Positions 1 through 13,879 of a stretch of DNA of 64,000 bases are shown piece after piece. The stretch spans positions 20,460,001-20,524,000 of the forward strand of contig OZ024759.1 of NCBI GenBank assembly GCA_964016885.1. Direction: 5' to 3'. The notes under the pieces are model-generated. The model was not told the DNA's origin and ran no database searches. It worked only from the letters and a program-made list of their open reading frames with translations. The stretch's first letter is position 1. Each line of letters opens with the position of its first letter. Source of the stretch: Eledone cirrhosa (Eukaryota). Position numbers and translations under genes: made by a program.

Positions 1-48
<48 letters not shown>

Positions 49-429
49 CATACATATTTACATAACGTGTATACACACGTTTTTGCGTATGTGTCACTGC
101 ATAGATAGATGTATGTATGCATACATCTATACAGTGTCACAACCTATACAACACAAGTAATTCACTCACACCACATTCTATAAACCATAGATACTGACAT
201 TTATTTAGCTTACATCTAACTGTTAATGTGTACATACCTTGAATTAGTATTTATTCAGTTAGTCTACAATACATTATAGTAAATCTTAACACTCGAAACC
301 AATGGTTACTAAACCGTAAGCCTCACCACATTGGTGCATTGCGAGATGGAATTAGGTGCACTACAAAAGAACCAGACTGTATTTCAAAATATGAGATCAT
401 TCACATCTAGATAAAGGACCAGATACTGC

Positions 430-1062
430 AATAGCTTGGGATTCAAACCCACTCACCTCACCTCACCTCACCTCACCTCACCTCACTCCTTCTGCTTTGG
501 TTCTTTAATAAGCTGCCCCAAAAAATCCTGAAAAATCTACGTGGTGTGGATGCAGATGTTTTCAAGAAGCACCCCAGCCCCTCCCCAGCCCAGCACTGTA
601 ATAGCCTGAGGTTCAATGTCCCATCCCCCAGGTCTTTATTAAGCTACCCTAAATAAAACCCCTGAAAAATCTACACGGTCTGTACGGAGATGTTTTCAAG
701 AAGCATCCCAACATTCTGTTAATATCTCAGATGAACCCACAGCATTGCAAATCCCTGGGATTCGAAGCAACCCCCCCCCTCTCCCCAGCCCAGCACTGTA
801 ATAGCCTGAGGTTCAATGTCCCATCCCCCAGGTCTTTATTAAGCTACCCTAAATAAAACCCCTGAAAACTCTACACAGTCTGTACGGAGATGTTTTCAAG
901 AAGCATCCCAACATTCTGTTAATATCTCATATGAACCCACAGCATTGCAAATCCCTGGGGTTCAAAGCACCCCCCGCCCCTCCCCAGCAAGGCTCTTTAA
1001 TAAGAGACTGAAAAATCCTGAAAAATCTACATGGTATGGATATAGATGTTTTCCAAAGGCAT
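430..1062. repeat. Local tandem duplication: two near-identical 200-bp units (581-780, 781-980) plus diverged partial copies
   Basis: CTCCCCAGCCCAGCACTGTAATAGCC starts at 581 and 781. The core CCTGAAAA(A/C)TCTAC...AGATGTTTTC recurs four times. (CTCAC)n lies at 452-487 and (TCTGG)n follows at about 1070-1150. Confidence 0.9.
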
Positions 1063-1190
1063 GGGCTGGGTCTGGGTCTTATCTGGGTCTGGTTCTTGGT
1101 CTGGTCTGGTTCTTGGTCTGGTCTGGTTCTTGGTCTGGTCTGGTCTGGTCTGTAGATTATTATATTTGGGGAGGGTCATGTTGTTATAAT

Positions 1191-1342
1191 ATTGTTTCTA
1201 TTTTTGGCACAAGGCCAGCAATTACCCAGTGTATTACTGGTGCTTTATTTTATCGACCCCGTAAGGATGAAAGGCAAAGTTAACCTCGGCGGGATTTGAA
1301 CTCACACCATAAAGGGCCGTAACTCTTTGCTGCAAAGCATGG
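1191..1342 (-). mobile_element. tRNA-derived SINE family B (Meta/MESC-like central domain), head truncated
   Basis: The minus strand reads GAGTTCAAATCCCGCCGAGGTTAACTTTGCCTTTCATCCTTACGGGGTCGATAAAATAAAG...GCCTTGTGCCAAAA, containing a B box. There are more than 10 related copies in the window. The domain name is from memory. Confidence 0.75.
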
Positions 1343-1612
1343 TGTCTCTGTGTGCTCGTGTGTGCTCGTGTGTGAGTCTGAGTGTGTTTGTATTCTATCT
1401 TTGGTCAATAGTGTGTATCGCCGAATATATGATACACACATACACACACACATGATCGATACTGGTTGTACCTTGAGCTGATCAATCGCGAAACGTTCAT
1501 CACACATGAATGCACATAATGATGCTATTTTGATACCTCGTTCCTACTCCTTAATATATATACATATATATATATATGTATATATAATATATATATATAT
1601 ATATATATTTGT

Positions 1613-1797
1613 GGGTTGGCAGTATTGGTAGAGCATCAGACACCATGCTTTGCAGCATAGATATGGCCCTTTATGTTCAGGGATCAAATCCTGTCGAGCT
1701 TAGCCTTGCCTTTCATCCTTACATAGTCGATTAAATAAAGCACCAGTAACGCACTGGGGTAATTGCTGGCCTTTTTGCCAAAAGTAGAAACTATTAT
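1613..1797 (+). mobile_element. SINE family B, full length
   Basis: A-box-like TGGCAGTATTGG, B-box-like GGATCAAATCC, GCCTTTCATCCTT core, and tail GCCAAAAGTAGAAACTATTAT. Confidence 0.8.
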
Positions 1798-1812
1798 ATA
1801 TATATATACAAA

Positions 1813-1842
<30 letters not shown>

Positions 1843-1849
<7 letters not shown>

Positions 1850-2012
1850 TAAATAACAGATTAAAGAATCGCTGCTTTCACCCTTAACGATTCTTTGCTT
1901 AAACTTTAATCTGTTATTTTAATAAATATTTGCTCTACTGTTCTTATATATTTGATATATATTTATCCTTATTGAGCCTTCTTTGGATTTTAGTCTTCAA
2001 ATTTATTATTAT

Positions 2013-2017
<5 letters not shown>
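1843..2017 (+). mobile_element. Unclassified (TA)n-associated repeat family with a TTATTATTACTA end and an inverted 5' segment
   Basis: The same sequence recurs at 4208-4310, 28295-28624 and 45122-45216, always embedded in TA tracts and partly inverted. Confidence 0.65.
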
Positions 2018-2064
<47 letters not shown>

Positions 2065-2399
2065 ATCATCATCATTTCATTTTCATGTCCGCTTTTTCCC
2101 TGCTTGCAAGGGTGGGACGGGAACTGATTCTGGCTTGATTTCTACAGCTGGATGCCCTTCCTAACACCAACCTCATTTACAGTGAGTGTTGGGTGCTTTT
2201 TTTCCGTGGCGCCTACACATCCACTTTACAGTGGAATGATAGGGACCCCAGTCCCTATCATCTCATTTCTACAGCTGAGTAAACTGGAGCAATGTGAAAT
2301 AAAGTGTCTTGCTCAAGGAAACAACACATCACCCGGTCTGAGAATTGAACTCACAACCTTTTGATTGCAAGGCTAATGCTCTAACCACTGTCATGCGCC

Positions 2400-2402
<3 letters not shown>
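2065..2402 (-). mobile_element. SINE family A (tRNA head, CORE-like domain, RTE-derived 3' part), near full length
   Basis: On the minus strand: a head with B box GAGTTCAATTC, CORE-like CCTTGAGCAAGACACTTTATTTCACATTGCTCCAGTTTACTCAGCTGTAGAAATGAG, module GGTTGGTGTTAGGAAGGGCATCCAGCTGT, and tail CCCGTCCCACCCTTGCAAGCAGGGAAAA...(GAT)n. Confidence 0.85.
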
Positions 2403-2479
<77 letters not shown>

Positions 2480-2534
2480 CACTCAAATACAAACATTTAT
2501 ATATACACACACACATATATATACACACACAAAC

Positions 2535-2605
<71 letters not shown>

Positions 2606-2751
2606 GTGTTTGTGTGTGAGTATATATATGTGTGTATATATAATTTGTATTTGAGTGTATTTACATATGTGCGTGTATATATATATATGTTTGTATTTGT
2701 GTGTGTGTCTATGTATATACATATATATATATATATATATACGTTTGTATT

Positions 2752-2796
<45 letters not shown>

Positions 2797-3174
2797 GCCC
2801 ACACAAGCATATATTTCATTTCAGTCTTAAACAAAACTAATTGAATGCTTCACCAGCTTTCATTTGAGAGCGAAACAAAATTGCGAATTCGTCAGCATTG
2901 TCCTTTAAACAAATATTTATTACTTGGCTGTTTCAACAGAAGTTCTTTATTTTGATTGCAGTTTGCCGACATATATATCTATCTATGTGTATGTGTGTAT
3001 ATATATGTGTATATATATATATGTGTATGTATATGTATGCATGTATATGTGTATGTATATGTATGCATATATATGCATATTTATGTATTTATATGTATGT
3101 ATGTTTGTATGTTATGCATACGTATGCATATATATGTATATTTATGTATTTATATATATGTGTATGTGTATATA

Positions 3175-3213
<39 letters not shown>

Positions 3214-3342
3214 ATATATATATATGTGTATATATATATATATGTGTGTGTATATGTATATGTGTATATGTATATATATGTGTATGTGTATATATGTGTA
3301 TGTATGTATATATATATATATGTATGTGTATATATATATATA

Positions 3343-3387
<45 letters not shown>

Positions 3388-3740
3388 ATATATATATATA
3401 TGTGTATATATATATATATATGTGTGTATATATATATATACGTGTGTATATATATATATGTGTGTATATATATATATGTGTGTATATATATATATGTGTA
3501 TATATATATATATGTGTGTGTGTATATATATATATATATATGTGTGTGTGTATATATATATATATATGTGTGTGTGTATATATATATATATATATGTGTG
3601 TGTATATATATATTTATGTATATGTGTGTGTATATATATATTTATGTATATGTATGTGTATATATATATTTATGTATATGTATGTGTATATATATATTTA
3701 TGTATATGTATGTGTATATATGTATGTATGTGTATATATT
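2403..3740. repeat. Compound (TA)n/(TG)n/(TATG)n microsatellite field
   Basis: Seen directly; a short unique stretch at about 2800-2970 interrupts it. Confidence 0.95.
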
Positions 3741-3911
3741 ATGTCAGGTCGCTCTCAAGTGCTACTGGTAACATGTAACCCAGTACAACCTGTCTCATAC
3801 TCGGGTTGTCGGAGTGTGATATTTGGACACCCGGCAAAAGATGGAGGAACTGAGCAGAGTGAAAGGCCCAAGTTGCTGTCGCAACACCTTTCTAAGAGAG
3901 GGAAACTCTGA
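3741..3911 (+). mobile_element. RTE-type 5'UTR-like fragment
   Basis: ATGTCAGGTC...GTGCTACTGGTAACATGTAACCCAGTACAACC.GTCTCAT matches the 5' end of the element at 21200-21810 (minus). An A-tract follows. Confidence 0.5.
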
Positions 3912-4177
3912 AAAAAAAAAAAAAAAAAAAAATTCTGGCTTTGGAAGCATCCAATGATGTTAGCCAGTTCTCCTTTTCAGGTAGTGTTTTCAATGTTCAG
4001 AGAGTGGGATTGGTCGAGTGCAAGGCCTTTCTTCACTTAAAAAACATTCAAAGCGCAGGCATTGCTTGTTCAGGATATGTTACAGGCTTGTGTGACTGGC
4101 AGTAGCCTAAAAGTGCACCAAACTCTATACTCCTCCAAGAACCAATTGCAGTACTCTAAGCAGAGTTTGCAGCCATC

Positions 4178-4211
<34 letters not shown>

Positions 4212-4302
4212 ATAATAATAAATTTGAAGACTAAAATCCAAAGAGGGCTCGGTAAGGATAAATATATATCAAATATATAAGAACCATAGAGCTGTTATTT
4301 TA

Positions 4303-4366
<64 letters not shown>

Positions 4367-4617
4367 GTATCCACTGTAAGTTGTGGGGTCTATTCTGCAT
4401 GAAGAACTCAATGTAATCCATATATTGAAAATGTTGTAGGTTAAGATAAATCTCAGAAAACAATAAAACATTAAAAGGAAAACAGAATCATGATATAAGT
4501 TAAAACAATGAAATAAAAAAATCAAGTCATTAGAGATATATATGAAGTATATCTCTAATGACTTGATTTTTTATTTCATTGTTTTAACTTATATATATAT
4601 ACACATACATACATAGG

Positions 4618-4948
4618 TTTGTCTGCAATGGTAGTTGGGTCTTCTGTACAACTGCATGGCACCAAAGGTCTCGATCCAGTGTCATTGTCTTAGAGAGGTG
4701 TAGGTGGGCAAGGTCAATTTTTATCACCTCGTCCCAGGTTTTTCTCGGTCTACCCACGCCGCAGCTTCCACCAATTTTCATTGCTCATGCACTTTTTTAT
4801 ACAGCTGTTGTCATTCCTACGCATCACATGTCCATACCAATGCAATCTCCTCTCCAGAACACAACATTTGATACCTCTTATGCTTAGTCTCCCTCTTAGT
4901 TCGTTTATGCTTCGCCTTTCACGCACATTACTACTACATATCCATCCA
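4618..4948 (-). mobile_element. RTE LINE 3' fragment (decayed)
   Basis: Encodes ...RRL.WYGHVMR...GVGRPRKTWDEVIKIDLAHLHLSKTMTLDRDLW, homologous to the C-terminus of the 49330-51714 ORF. Confidence 0.85.
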
Positions 4949-5060
4949 TATATATATATATATATATATGTGTGTGTTTGTGAGTCCCAGGTTCAATCAG
5001 GGGTAACCACAGTAAGTAAGGCACTCAAAACATTAGTAGAGTATATACACAATTTAATAT

Positions 5061-5258
5061 AGAAATGGCTTCTACAGGACTAGAACTGGTTCATTGAAAG
5101 GAAATCATCAGGAAAGCCCCGTTTCTCATTATTTAATACAGAAATGGTTTCTACAGGACTAGAACTGTTTAATTCAAAAGAAATCATCAGGAATGTGTAA
5201 TGATTTCATACGAATGAAACAGTTCTAGTCCTGTAGAAGCCATTTCTGTATTGAATAA
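5061..5258. ncRNA. Three degenerate type I hammerhead-like motifs (two minus, one plus) forming a fold-back
   Basis: The consensus of the copies is GGCTTTC-CTGATGA-TTTCnnnnGAAT-GAAA-CAG(TTCTAGTC)CTG-TA-GAAGCC. Each single copy has a core defect. Confidence 0.55.
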
Positions 5259-5440
5259 TTGTTTCTACTTTTGGCACAAGGCCAGCAATTATCCCAGTGT
5301 ATTACTGGTACTTTATTTTATCGACCCCATAAGGATGAAAGGCAAAGTTAACCTCGGCGGGATTTGAACTCAGACCATAAAGGGCCGTAACTCTTTGCTG
5401 CAAAGCATGGATCCGACCCTCTACTAATACTGCCAATTTC
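5257..5440 (-). mobile_element. SINE family B
   Basis: Near-identical to 1191-1342, plus the head region. Confidence 0.8.
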
Positions 5441-5720
5441 TGTTTTGAATAAGCATTTTTTACAATCTACTGATGTATTGAGTACTTTATTAACTATGGT
5501 TACCTCCTATTTAACTTGGGATCTATATATATATATATATATATATAATGTATACACATGTATAGATATATGTGTATACACACACACACACGCACATATA
5601 TACATATATACATACATACTTATTACTATTTCAAGCATTAAACTAATATATTAATTGTACTGTCGCGTTTGCTTTGTTATTTCCGTTGACTTTTTGTATA
5701 CATGTTTATATATAAATATA

Positions 5721-5789
<69 letters not shown>

Positions 5790-5790
<1 letters not shown>

Positions 5791-5885
5791 GTCTTGTCCA
5801 TCCATGCTCCCGTAGAAAATTGAATTTAAAAACGATGATGGCGGTGCCCCAGCATGGCCTCAGCTTTTCGGCTGGAAAACTTATT
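5790..5885 (+). mobile_element. SINE 3' tail fragment
   Basis: GGCGGTGCCCCAGCATGGCC.CAGC resembles a cephalopod SINE tail as I recall it. Confidence 0.4.
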
Positions 5886-5915
5886 AGTCTAATAGAATGA
5901 TATATCACATACACC

Positions 5916-5979
<64 letters not shown>

Positions 5980-6024
5980 ATATATGTATATGTATAGAAC
6001 CATTGTTTTGGTATTTTTATATTA

Positions 6025-6195
6025 AGTGGTTGTTGTTGTTGAGGCAGTTGTTGTTGTGGTGATTGTTGTAGTTGGTGTTGTTGTTAATGTGGTAGTTGAC
6101 ATTGTTATTATTGTGGTTATTGCAGTGGTGGTGTGGTTGTTGTTGTTGTTGTTCAAACACACACACACATTTATTATATATACTTATACATCGAT

Positions 6196-6227
<32 letters not shown>

Positions 6228-6442
6228 GTATATATCGAGGTATAAGTGTATATATATATATATACACATATACACTTATACATCGATATATACATATATA
6301 TAGAGATATATATACATATATATATACATACATATATATATATATATACATTGATACATAACATATATAGAAATACAAAAACACTTACACATGCACCAAC
6401 ACACATGCACACACAAATAATCACACACACATATATGTAGAT

Positions 6443-6474
<32 letters not shown>

Positions 6475-7030
6475 GGTATCATAAATTCCATTGGTTCCAC
6501 TGAGACTGAGATATTTGATTATGCTGTGATATATGTGTGTGTGTGTGTGTGTGTGTATGTGTGTTGGTGCGTGTGTGTTGGTGCGTGTGTGTTGGTGCGT
6601 GTGTGTTGGTGCGTGTGTGTTGGTGTTGTTGGTGTGTGGGTGTTGTTGGTGTGTGTGTGTTGTTGGTGTTGTTGGTGTGTGTGTGTTGGTGTGTTGGTGT
6701 TGGTGTGTTGGTGTTGGTGTTGTTGTTGGTGTGTGTGTGTTAGGTGTTGTTGGAGTGTGTGTGTTGGTGTTGGTGTGTTGGTGTTGTGTGTGTGTGACTG
6801 TTGTGAGTATATATGTGTGTTGTGTGTGTGATTGTGTTGTGTGTGTGTGATTGTGTTATGTGTGTGTTTGACTGATTGTGTATGTTTGACTGTGTGTGGC
6901 ACTTGTGGTGTGTATGTAGTATATGTTTGTGTGAAGCCGTGTAATTGTGTGTGTGTCACTGTTAATATATATGTAGTATGTTTTTATTTGTGCAATTTGT
7001 GTGTGTGTGTGTTGTGTATGTGTCTATATT
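6025..7030. repeat. (GTT)n, (CA)n/(TA)n and degenerate GTTGGTGT/GT-rich simple repeats
   Basis: Seen directly. Confidence 0.9.
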
Positions 7031-7647
7031 TGAATAATGTTGTCAAAATGTCCCATAAAATTAACGAAAGACTTTGTATATGTGGAGTAAGGTGTCAACA
7101 TATATATATACATGTATATATGTGTGTGTATATATATATATATATATATACACAGTGTATGTTATGTTTGTCAGTGTCCTCTGATGATAAACAGAATGAC
7201 TTGGGGGGGAGGAACAGTCTGGAAAAATACTTACAGCTATATATATGTGTATGTGTCTGTGCATACATGAATAACATATATATATATATACACATGCATA
7301 CATAAATCATATATATATATATGATTTACATAAATCATATATATGTATATACAAAATGTTAAATTTTCCTCACATCACTGATGAAATTTGCAAAGATAAT
7401 ATTCACACATAGAAGACGACAAAGAAGAAGAAAAAGCTGTTCGATTGAAGAGAAAACTGTTAAATCGTTTCCATGGAACCACATATGGCTTTTAGATTTG
7501 GCATTGAGACTAATTGCATTACTTTAGCACTAGACATCTATGAGGTGTTTCGGACAAAAGGCTTCTTCTTTCGGTATGTGCTAGTTTCCATTTAAACATC
7601 ACCACCGCCACCACCACCTACTCAGATAATATATAAGCAGACAGTAT

Positions 7648-8085
7648 CATCATCATCATCGTCACTGTTTTAGGTCCATTCTTCCATGCTACCATGGGTT
7701 AGACGGACTGTCTTGTTGTGGGCAATGCCAGGTCGGGTGACCATGTCTTGCACATACAGAACTGATTTTGGCTTAATTTCTGCAGCTGGATGCCCTTCCT
7801 ATCACCAGCCTCATTTACAGTGGGTATTGGGTGCTTTTTTTTCCGTGGTGCCTACACGACCACTTGACAGTGTGGACTAGATGCTTTTTTTGTCATGACA
7901 CCTACATGATCACTTAACAGGGCTGGGAGCATACTGTCTATATCCTTCAGTCGGGTCTTCTATATTACTGTGTAACGCCAGACATCTCGGTCCTGTGTCA
8001 TTGCCTTTGAGAAGTGCAATTGGGCAAGGTCAGCTTTTATCACCTCCTCCTTGGTCTTTTTGGGTCTCCCCACTCCAAGGTTTCA
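7648..8085 (-). mobile_element. RTE LINE 3' end with 3'UTR and (GAT)n tail
   Basis: A GVGRP.K...DL.QLH.SK-like remnant, the AGGAAGGGCATCCAGCTG module, and the tail CCGTCTAACCCATGGTAGCATGGAAG...(GAT)n. Confidence 0.8.
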
Positions 8086-8186
8086 AATATTACCCAGCTC
8101 TGACATCTGCTTGGAGAACAAACGACTAAGTCTGTGCTAACTTGCTTGACTCTTTTGACACCAACCTGCTTGAATTCAGGTCTGGT

Positions 8187-8338
8187 CTGGTTTTATAATA
8201 TAGAAATGTTTCTTGTAATCACTTCGTTACCATATTCCTAATGAAACCAGCTCTGGTTTTATAATATAGAAATGTTTCTTGTAATCCCTTCGTTACCATA
8301 TTCCTAATGAAACCAGCTCTTGTTTTATAATATGGAAA
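8187..8338. repeat. 66-bp tandem duplication (about 2.3 copies)
   Basis: CTGGTTTTATAATATAGAAATGTTTCTTGTAATC at 8187 and 8253. Confidence 0.85.
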
Positions 8339-8539
8339 TCATCATCATCACTGTTTAACATCCATTTTCCATTTGAAAAGAGGGTATTAGCCCTGAAATA
8401 TCACGATGAAATATACTGGGTAAAACATTACTTTGTTTTGTTTTATTTGTCATCCATTGCCCTTTATATATTTCTGCCAATAGTAAGTTGTCCAATGCTC
8501 TACTGATACTGTCAATCCACCACCATGATAATGATAATA

Positions 8540-9322
8540 ATAATAAATGTTTCTACGTTTGGCACAAGGCCAGCAATTACCCCAGTGCATTCCTGGTACT
8601 TTATTTTATCGACCCCGTTAGGATGAAAAGGCAAAAGCTAGCCTCGGTGGTATTTTAACTCAGAATGTAAAGGGCCATAACTCTATGCCGCAAAGCAAGT
8701 TGTCCTACGCTCTATCGATTCTATCAATCCATCGCCATTGATCATCATCAACATCATTTTATGTCCACTTTTCCCTGCTTGGAAGGGTGAGACGGGAACT
8801 GATTCTGGCTTGATTTCTACAGCTGGATGCCCTTCCTAACACCAACCTCATTTACAGTGAGTGCTGGGTGCTTTTTTTCCGTGGCGCCTACACGTCCACT
8901 TTACAGTGTGGGCTGGGTGCTTTCTTTTGTTGCCATTGCACCTCCACGACCACTTTGCAGTGGAATGATAGGGACCCCAGCCCTATCATCTCATTTCTAC
9001 AGCTGAGTAAACTGGAGCAATGTGAAATAAAGTGTCTTGCTCAGGGAAACAACACATCACCCGGTCTGAGAATTGAACTCACAACCTTTCGATTGCAAGG
9101 CCAATGCTCTAACCACTAAGCCATGTGCCTGATAATAATTGTTTCTACTTTTGGCACAAGCCCAGCAAATTACCCAGTGCATTACTGGTACTTTATTTTA
9201 TCGACACCCGTAAAGATGAAAGGCAGAGTTAACCTCGGCGGGATTTGAACTCAGAATGGCAAGGGCTGTAACTCTATGCGTCAAGGCATGGCGTCCGACC
9301 CTCTACCGATACTGCCAATCCA
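8540..9322 (-). mobile_element. Stack of three co-oriented SINEs: family B (8540-8737), family A (8740-9130), family B (9132-9322)
   Basis: Same diagnostic motifs as the other copies, abutting each other. Confidence 0.85.
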
Positions 9323-9518
9323 GTAATGATAAAAATAATAATGATAATGACAATAATAATTTGAACATAAATGTAATAGGATATCAGGCAAAAAGTTTGG
9401 TGATTCTAGGCAAGATGAAACCATGAGAATGATGTCAAACATTTGCCGATCCGGAGATATTCTCAGCATGAATAAATGGATTCCAAACAGGATTAACCGA
9501 ATTTATTCCAAGAAAGAA

Positions 9519-9553
<35 letters not shown>

Positions 9554-9727
9554 ACAAATAAACCAACACAAACATTAATATCGAAATCAACCTGAATAAA
9601 CAGCAGCAGCAGCAACAACAATAACAACAATAATAATAATAATAATACCAACAGCAACCTGATTCAACAACAGCAATAACATCAACAATAAGCAGGCCAA
9701 TAAAAATTAGATATTACAAAACGTTTA

Positions 9728-10020
9728 TTTCTTCTTTGCTTTCTTCTCCTTCCTCTTCTTCCTCATCTTTTCCTTCTTCTTTACTTTTTTCTTCTTCCTC
9801 TTCTTTTTTCTTCTTCCTCTTCTTTTCTCCTTCTTTGCCTTCTTCTTCTCCTCCTCCTCCTCTTTCTTCCCATCCTTCTCTTTCTTCCCCTCTGCTCGTT
9901 CTTTTTTTCCTTTTTTCTCTTTTACTCCTCCTTCTCCTCCTTTCCCTTATCTCCTCCTTCTCGTTCTTTTTTCCTTCTCCTCCTCCCCCTCTTCTTCTCC
10001 TCCCCTCCTCTTCCTTCTTG
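9728..10020. repeat. Polypyrimidine (CTT/CCT)n tract
   Basis: About 290 bp of nearly pure C/T on the plus strand. A similar (CTTT)n tract lies at 15780-16090. Confidence 0.95.
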
Positions 10021-10249
10021 CCCTCATGTAAACTGGGATACTGACAATTATCCTGCAAATCCCTCCATGGGATTAATTTTAAGTACTCACATGCATCCTA
10101 AGATGGTTGTGTGTGTTTGTTAATGTATGTATATGTATATACATAGTCATGTTTGTGCATATGTGTGTGTATGTGTATATATATGTGTGTGTGTGTATGA
10201 ATATATATATATATATACACACACACACACGCATACATATACATACATA

Positions 10250-10490
10250 CTGTGAGTGATGGCTAAATAGTTAAAAAGTTCTTTGCAATCCTTAATTCTC
10301 AGGTTCAATCCCACTGTGTGTCATCTTAGACAGATGTTGACCCAAATCTTGAGAGTGTAATTGGGTAGACAGAAACTGTTTGGAAGCCTGTCAGATAAAC
10401 TGATTTGTCTCACACTGTGTCATGCTGAATATCCCTGAGAATTACATGAATGGAATGTGTGTCTGTAGAATACTCAACCTTGATAGTTCA
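10250..10490 (+). mobile_element. Old tRNA-derived SINE (different family)
   Basis: A/B boxes TGGCTAAATAG and GGTTCAATCCC, followed by GGTAGACAGAAACTG...GAAGCCTGTC. Confidence 0.55.
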
Positions 10491-11222
10491 AAAGACACAG
10501 CTGACCTCAATGGAATTTGAACCCAGAAAGCTGAGACAGATAGCGCAAAGTATTCTATCTAACCTTCTAACAACTTTGCCAATTCGGCACCTTTCCATGG
10601 AAATGCATACATGCATGGACCCATAACTATTAACATACAGTGTTTCAAAGGCATTTTTTTTAACCCTGATGGAGCCCATCTTTTCTTCTGGTCTAAACAC
10701 AGCAGATCTCTTCCGAAGGAGAGAATGGAAGTAAAAGAGATATATCGAGGAAGAATCAACCTTAACTTACCTATTCAACATTCTAAGAGTCATTCTCTAT
10801 CAATTCACTGCCTTAACTTATATCGAAATACCACTAACCATTCTATCCAGCATTGTAACTCCTTTACCAATTCGCCGCCTTAGTTTGACTATTCGATGTT
10901 CTAACACCTGAGCCAATTCGCAGCCTTAATTTAACATAAAAATACCACAAAGCTCTCTCTCTCTATCCAACGTTTTAACGACTCTGCCAATTCACCACCT
11001 TAACTTACATAAAAATACCATTTACCAAATAAAGGAACCACTCATGTACCATCTCCTTTATTATCAGCACCTGAGGAAATTTTCAGACGGATTCTAAGCT
11101 TCTCAAAAAGATTAATTCAAGTGTAAAGAAATGAATGCCATGCCATCACTACTTGTAACCTATCAATGCTATTTATCTTATCTATTGCTCTATCTACCTA
11201 GATGTAAATGTATATATATATC

Positions 11223-11261
<39 letters not shown>

Positions 11262-11330
11262 GTGTGTATATATATGTTTTTATATATACATGTGTGTATA
11301 TATATATGTATATATATGTATATATATATG

Positions 11331-11362
<32 letters not shown>

Positions 11363-11572
11363 TATATACACACACACACACGTGTGCATATATATATATA
11401 CATGTGCATACATATTTATTGATATTCATGTGTTTATATATACATATTTATATATATATATGTATCATTATCATCATCATCATCACCGTTATATATCCAT
11501 AAGTATGTATATACGTATGGATCATCATAACCGTTTTACATCAATGTATGTGTTTGCATGTGTGTGTGTGTG

Positions 11573-11635
<63 letters not shown>

Positions 11636-11815
11636 ATATGTATGTCTACCTATGTATCTGCGCATCTATCTTTCTATCTATACATAAGAATATTATATAT
11701 ATAATTTGTGTGTGATATGTTTATATATATATATATACACATATATATATATTTATATATATATATATATATACACATATATATATTTATATATATATAT
11801 ATATACACATATATA

Positions 11816-11859
<44 letters not shown>

Positions 11860-11885
11860 TATAATTATATATATACACATATATA

Positions 11886-11925
<40 letters not shown>

Positions 11926-11931
11926 TATATT

Positions 11932-11965
<34 letters not shown>

Positions 11966-12007
11966 TATACACATATATATATATATATATATACACATAT
12001 ATATATT

Positions 12008-12085
<78 letters not shown>

Positions 12086-12087
12086 TA

Positions 12088-12135
<48 letters not shown>

Positions 12136-12359
12136 TATACACATATATATATATATACACATATATATATTTATATATATATATACACATATATATATTT
12201 ATATATATATATACACATATATATTTCAGGTGTTGTGCGTATGTGTGTGGAGGATCACCTTTATTTCAACCCCCCTCCTCTCTCTGACGCATTGATAACA
12301 TTCCTGTGCTTGGCTTGATAACAAACACACAGTTCCATTCAACACCAGACTGTACAGTC

Positions 12360-12830
12360 ATGACCACCACCAACAACACTACTACAATCTCCACCAACAC
12401 TACTACAATCTCCACCAACACTACTATAACCACCACCTCCACCACCAACATTACTACAACCACCACCACCACCAACACTACAATAATCACCACTACCACT
12501 ACTACAACCACCACCACCACTACTACAACCACCACCACACCACTACTATCACCACCACCACAACACTACTATCACCACCACCACAACACTACTATCACCA
12601 CCACCACCACCACCACTGCAATTAAAACCATCACCATCATCATCACCAACAACACTATTACCATCACAACCAACACCCCACCAACAGCAACACCACGACC
12701 ACCATCACCAATACTATCACTAATACCAACAACACCAGTACCACCAGCACCACCGCCGCCATCACCACCACCACCACTACTACCACCAATACCAATATTA
12801 CCACCACCACCACCACCACCACCACCACCA
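12360..12830. repeat. Degenerate (CAC/CAA/CTA)n trinucleotide tract
   Basis: Seen directly. Confidence 0.9.
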
Positions 12831-12925
12831 CATGTAATGTTCATTCATAGATCCCACATGCCTGTAGCAAGATAGCAAATGTGAGTTAACCTGGAATACA
12901 AAGTTAACCAGATGGATAAGGATGA

Positions 12926-12960
<35 letters not shown>

Positions 12961-13068
12961 TTCATATATATATATGTACATACATAGAAACACTCACACA
13001 CTCACACTTACATATATATAAGTGGGTGTGTGCATACATACATGTGTGCGTTTAAATATATATATAAA

Positions 13069-13126
<58 letters not shown>

Positions 13127-13264
13127 TTATAGTTATGTGTAAACATACATACATGTATGTTTATATATATACACACAAAAAATACATACATCATCATTTT
13201 ATGTCCGCTTTTCCCTGCTTGCAAGGGTGGGATGTTAGTATACATATATATATATATGTATATT

Positions 13265-13301
<37 letters not shown>

Positions 13302-13356
13302 ATTTACCTACACACGTACACACACATAATTTATATACTTCTGATACTTTTGTCTG

Positions 13357-13390
<34 letters not shown>

Positions 13391-13603
13391 TACATATGTA
13401 TGTTTATATTTTCTTATGGTTGGCTAAATCATTTCCAAGAACAAATTTGTGTATTTTTCTGTCTCCACTGTAGTGTAAATAATAGGAAAGGTGAGAAATG
13501 ACATCTAACTACAGTCTTCTTCCAACCTACTGATTATATATGTGTATATATAATTATATAGACACACACACACACAAACTTTGAGTATGTATGTATGTGT
13601 GTA

Positions 13604-13661
<58 letters not shown>

Positions 13662-13879
13662 AAACATCAATGAATATATATATATATTCATTGATGTTTC
13701 ACATCCATTCTTTCAGGCTAGTAATGGGTTATATATACAGTGTATATATATATGTGTGTGTAAATATATATATATATATATAGATACACACACATACGCC
13801 CACACATATGTATATACTTTCACAGTAGTGTACAAAAGGAAGAAAAGTGCAATCAACGCATAACAGGGAAGTTCAGTTA

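Noticed and set aside
1478-1497. Hammerhead-like CTGATCA...CGAAAC
   Set aside because: The core is CUGAUCA rather than CUGANGA, and the stems do not form.
7391-7474. Short coding-looking frame EDDKEEEKAVRLKRKLLNRFHGTTYGF
   Set aside because: It is too short, has no recognisable homology, and its acceptor context is weak.
12306-12875. Mucin-like Thr/Pro ORF (also the His-rich ORF at 36957-37364)
   Set aside because: These are trinucleotide-repeat translations, open in several frames, with no domain or splice support.
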